Assembly: GCA_964011335.1 (NCBI GenBank)
Contig: CAXGOF010000003.1
Span: 1-32,949 of the forward strand
Direction of reading: 5' to 3'
DNA length: 32,949 bases
From: an uncultured bacterium
GTDB taxonomy: Bacteria; Planctomycetota; UBA1135
Numbering within the stretch: position 1 is the stretch's first letter; every line of letters begins with the position of its first letter. Positions 29,476-32,949 of this stretch are shown here, piece by piece. Both the position numbers and the translations under genes were made by a program. Under the pieces are notes generated by a model, which worked only from the letters and a program-made list of their open reading frames with translations, was not told where the DNA came from and made no database searches.

Positions 29476-32162
29476 TTTTTAATCGCCCGCAAAACTCTAT
29501 CTAAGATTTGCCAAGCTTCGATAGGCGGCAGTTCATTTAAATTTAAGCTTTCGAGTTCCGATATCAACCCACTATCGCCGTCATTATTTTCCACAAAATC
29601 AAACAGCGAAGGTTGCACCACTGCGACCTGTTCAACTGCCGGAACATTTTTACTTTGGCCGTGTAATATCTTGCGCGACAGGCCTTCTTCATCATTCTCT
29701 AAGCGCTGAAGGATTTCTTGAGAGCGCTGTAAAACTTCACGCGGCAAGCCCGCGAGTTGCGCAACGTGAATACCGTAAGAGCGGTCGGTACCGCCCTCTT
29801 CGATGCGATGCAAGAACACAATTTCTTCGCCCCATTCGCGCACGGCAACATTTAAGTTGACGCCGGCGGTCAGCTTGTCGGCCAAATCGGTTAGTTGATG
29901 ATAATGCGTGGCGAACAGGCAGCGTGCCTGCAATTTATCGTGAGTATGTTCGCAAACTGCCCACGCTATGGCCAAGCCATCAAAGGTGCTAGTGCCACGA
30001 CCTACTTCGTCCAATAACAGCAAGGAACGATTCGAAGCATTGCGCAAAATGTTAGCTGTCTCGACCATCTCAACCATAAAGGTAGATTGGCCACGACTGA
30101 TATCGTCGCCCGAACCCAGTCGCGTAAAAATACGATCGACCAAAGTCATCTCTACGCCTTCAGCGGGCACAAAGCTGCCCATCTGCGCCAGCAACACCAC
30201 TAAGGCGGTTTGGCGCAAGTAAGTCGATTTACCACTCATATTGGGACCCGTGATAATCGCCAGGCGTTTATTACAGTCATAGCCTAATGTAGTATCGTTG
30301 GGCACAAAAGCTTGACCCAATAAAGCGTCTTCAACGACCGGGTGGCGGCCTTCTTTAATACTTAATACACCGCAACTATCCGCACTCGCCTCAACAAAAT
30401 GTGGGCGCACTAATCTCTTTTCAACAGCGATGCTTGAGAGTGATTGCAAAACATCTAAAGATGCTATTGCTTGAGCACATTTCGCGACGGACTGAGCATG
30501 GCCCAATCCTTCCGAGCGTAGGCTCTCGAACAACTCATACTCGATATCTTTAAGTTTTTCTTCGGCGCCCAAGACTTTATGCTCATACTCTTTTAATTCA
30601 GGAGTAATGTAACGCTCGGCATTCTTTAAAGTTTGCTTACGAATGTAATCCTCTGGGGCTTTGCCGACGGCCGAGCTCGTTAATTCAATATAGTATCCGA
30701 ACACACGGTTGAAACCGATCTTTACCGCGACACCCAAGCGTTCACTTTCGCGCTGCTGCATCGCCGCTAAATAATCTTTACCGCCTTGAGCAAGCCCGCG
30801 CAACTCATCTACTTCAGAGTTAAAACCATCGCGAATCAACCCGCCCTCTTTAATCAGTAGTGGTGGGGTTTCGCTCAACGCTGTGCGGATTTCGCGGACC
30901 AATTCCGCATGCGGGTCTAAATCATCGCGTAACGTGCATAACTGAGCAGCGCTTAGTCCAGCCAACTGTTCAAGCAAATCCGGCACGCGCTCGAGCGCCG
31001 ATGCCAGCGTATTAATATCGCGCGGACCCGAGCGGCCACTCGCCAACTTTGCCGCTAAGCGCTCGAGGTCGGACATGCCTGACAAAGTCGATGCTAATGA
31101 TTTACGCGCATTGGCATTTACAACTAATTCGTCAACGGCATCGTGACGCGAGTTAATCGCATTGGCATCTATCAGTGGTTCAAGCAGCCACTCGCGTAAC
31201 AAGCGCGCGCCCATTGCAGTGCCGCTGCGATCAATCGTCGCTAATAAAGTTCCTTGACGCGAACCATCGCGCTGATTCGTTACAATCTCTAAAGTGCGTC
31301 GCGTAGCCTGGTCAAGTAATAAATGTTGGTGGGCCTGATGCAGTGACAACTCACTCAACTGATCGACCGCTGATTTCTGCGTGTCATATAAGAAATCTAG
31401 TAGCCCGCCACACGCTGAAATAATCTGCGGCGAATCTTCAATGCCATAAGCCTCGAGCGTAGAAACTTTAAGCTGTTTGCATAAATCGCGATGTCCATTC
31501 TTGGCATCGAAATTCCATGGCATGCGCCATGAAACCGGGATATCAGATTCCTCCAACAGCGATTGCAGACGCTCAGCCAACTCAAATGATGCGCCTTCTT
31601 CAGTGCTGTTAAATTCTGGCAACAACACCTCAGCTGGCTGAATACGCGAGACCTCTTCAATGAATTCGTCGACGCTACATTGTGAGCATCGGAAAGCACC
31701 AGTTGACAGGTCAGCCCACGCCAAACCAAGGCCATCGCCATGGTCGATATCGACTGCTAGCACGAACAACGGTTCGCTGCCAATTAAACTACCCTCATCA
31801 ACTAAGGTGCCTGGCGAAACAACGCGCACCACACCGCGCTCAACAATTCCTTTGGCGTCACGCGGATCTTGCAGCTGCTCGCATATCGCTACCGAGTGCC
31901 CTGCTCGCACTAAACGAGTTAAATAACCTTCCATCGATTTGACTGGAACGCCTGCCATCGGTACTTTTTTCGCTTTATCGCGCGCGACTAGCGACAGCCC
32001 AAGTTCTTTAGATGCAATTTTGGCATCTTCAAAAAACATCTCATAAAAGTCACCCATCCGAAAAAACAGCAGCGCATTGGGGTGCTTTTCTTTGGCCGCG
32101 TGAAATTGGCGCATCATGGGCGTCTCTTTCACGCTACTCTCGGGGGATGTTGAGCTAGTCAC
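29472..32162 (-). CDS. mutS: DNA mismatch repair protein MutS
   Basis: TPMMRQF, GDFYEMF, GRHPVVE, TGPNMSGKSTY, STFMVEM, DEVGRGTST, FATHYH, SYGIHVA. Confidence 0.99.
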   Translation of the reverse strand: MTSSTSPESSVKETPMMRQFHAAKEKHPNALLFFRMGDFYEMFFEDAKIASKELGLSLVARDKAKKVPMAGVPVKSMEGYLTRLVRAGHSVAICEQLQDPRDAKGIVERGVVRVVSPGTLVDEGSLIGSEPLFVLAVDIDHGDGLGLAWADLSTGAFRCSQCSVDEFIEEVSRIQPAEVLLPEFNSTEEGASFELAERLQSLLEESDIPVSWRMPWNFDAKNGHRDLCKQLKVSTLEAYGIEDSPQIISACGGLLDFLYDTQKSAVDQLSELSLHQAHQHLLLDQATRRTLEIVTNQRDGSRQGTLLATIDRSGTAMGARLLREWLLEPLIDANAINSRHDAVDELVVNANARKSLASTLSGMSDLERLAAKLASGRSGPRDINTLASALERVPDLLEQLAGLSAAQLCTLRDDLDPHAELVREIRTALSETPPLLIKEGGLIRDGFNSEVDELRGLAQGGKDYLAAMQQRESERLGVAVKIGFNRVFGYYIELTSSAVGKAPEDYIRKQTLKNAERYITPELKEYEHKVLGAEEKLKDIEYELFESLRSEGLGHAQSVAKCAQAIASLDVLQSLSSIAVEKRLVRPHFVEASADSCGVLSIKEGRHPVVEDALLGQAFVPNDTTLGYDCNKRLAIITGPNMSGKSTYLRQTALVVLLAQMGSFVPAEGVEMTLVDRIFTRLGSGDDISRGQSTFMVEMVETANILRNASNRSLLLLDEVGRGTSTFDGLAIAWAVCEHTHDKLQARCLFATHYHQLTDLADKLTAGVNLNVAVREWGEEIVFLHRIEEGGTDRSYGIHVAQLAGLPREVLQRSQEILQRLENDEEGLSRKILHGQSKNVPAVEQVAVVQPSLFDFVENNDGDSGLISELESLNLNELPPIEAWQILDRVLRAIKK

Positions 32163-32210
32163 TCTTATTAGGATACCCTAATCCCTCCCGCGAGGGTAGA
32201 ATCTGCGACC

Positions 32211-32949
32211 ATGAGTGACTTACACGACATTATATTCACAGATGCGCAGCTAGCCTGGAAAGCCAAGGCTAAAGAAATTGCCATCGAGCACCTACTTCCA
32301 AACGCGCTTAAGCACGACAGGGAAGAGAGCTTCAACGAAGCTGCCTTCACCGCAGCCTGTGAGGCTGGCATGCTTGGCGTCTGGATTCCAAAAGAATACG
32401 GCGGGACCGAAGACGGCATTCTTGCCCTGGCATTGATGGTCGAAGAATTCTCAAAGGCAGACCCGTCGTTTGGCGTAGCCTTTGCTGTTAACGCGCTCGG
32501 CTCCATTCCTATCATCGTTGGTGGAACCGAAGATCAAAAAAGGAAGTACCTGCCAAGCGTCGCCAAAGGCGAATCTTCATGTGCCTTTGCGCTCTCAGAA
32601 AAGTTCGCCGGCTCGGACGCTGGTGGCCTTTCCGTAATGGCCACCAAAAACGACGATGGGTGGCTACTACAAGGAGAGAAGAAATGGACGACTAACGGTT
32701 CACGCGCAAACATTATTACCTGCTTCGCGGTGACCGACCCTGAATCACGCTCACGCCGCATCTCTGCCTTTATCGTTGAAGACACCGACCCGGGTTTCTC
32801 AATCAAGAAGTTAGAAAACAAGATGGGCATTCGCTCAGTGCCTGTTGCCGAAACTGTTTTCGATAACACCCAGCTCTCAGACGACCGCCTACTTGGTGGC
32901 AAGCCTGGCTTGGGCTTTAAGCACTCAATGATGACTCTCGACCTGGCAC
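32211..32949 (+). CDS. Acyl-CoA dehydrogenase, truncated by window edge (absent from ORF track)
   Basis: Manual translation from ATG 32211: IPKEYGG, GTEDQKRKYLP, AFALSEKFAGSDA, GEKKWTTNG, KMGIRS; open to window end. Confidence 0.93.
   Translation, partial: MSDLHDIIFTDAQLAWKAKAKEIAIEHLLPNALKHDREESFNEAAFTAACEAGMLGVWIPKEYGGTEDGILALALMVEEFSKADPSFGVAFAVNALGSIPIIVGGTEDQKRKYLPSVAKGESSCAFALSEKFAGSDAGGLSVMATKNDDGWLLQGEKKWTTNGSRANIITCFAVTDPESRSRRISAFIVEDTDPGFSIKKLENKMGIRSVPVAETVFDNTQLSDDRLLGGKPGLGFKHSMMTLDLA

Noticed and set aside
32168-32902. Minus-strand ORFs of 115 and 122 aa
   Set aside because: Antisense shadows of the + strand acyl-CoA dehydrogenase.
1-32949. CRISPR arrays, tRNA/rRNA, IS elements, intrinsic terminators
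   Set aside because: Intergenic gaps are very short; no repeat-spacer pattern, transposase or convincing hairpin plus U-tract was seen by eye.

Overview
Gene-dense bacterial window with about 50% GC by eye. Planctomycetota-like affiliation is a weak inference only. 1-12.5 kb (- strand) is a complete alternative complex III cluster (actA, actB, actC, fused actD/E with an extra cytochrome c domain, actF, small ActG-like ORF), followed by SCO and an A2-type caa3 oxidase (coxII, I, III, partial IV). 12.6-17.5 kb is a 2-oxoacid dehydrogenase operon with two E1-alpha paralogs, one E1-beta, a di-lipoyl E2 and no E3. Next come a DsbA-like protein, an ankyrin-containing acyltransferase-3 and a signal-peptide SurE. 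A divergent H-NOX / HNOBA-GAF histidine kinase / REC-EAL module (NO sensing to c-di-GMP) has a symmetric promoter. The rest is cupin, lipA, yaaA, a TrpG/PabA amidotransferase, an OprO/P-like porin, mutS and a partial acyl-CoA dehydrogenase. Top hidden feature: ORFs 26155-26880 and 27007-27189 are one 344-aa exported TlpA-like thioredoxin with an in-frame UGA at the catalytic position (W-U-G-P-C) followed by a SECIS-like hairpin, i.e. a probable selenoprotein. Several genes also look leaderless.
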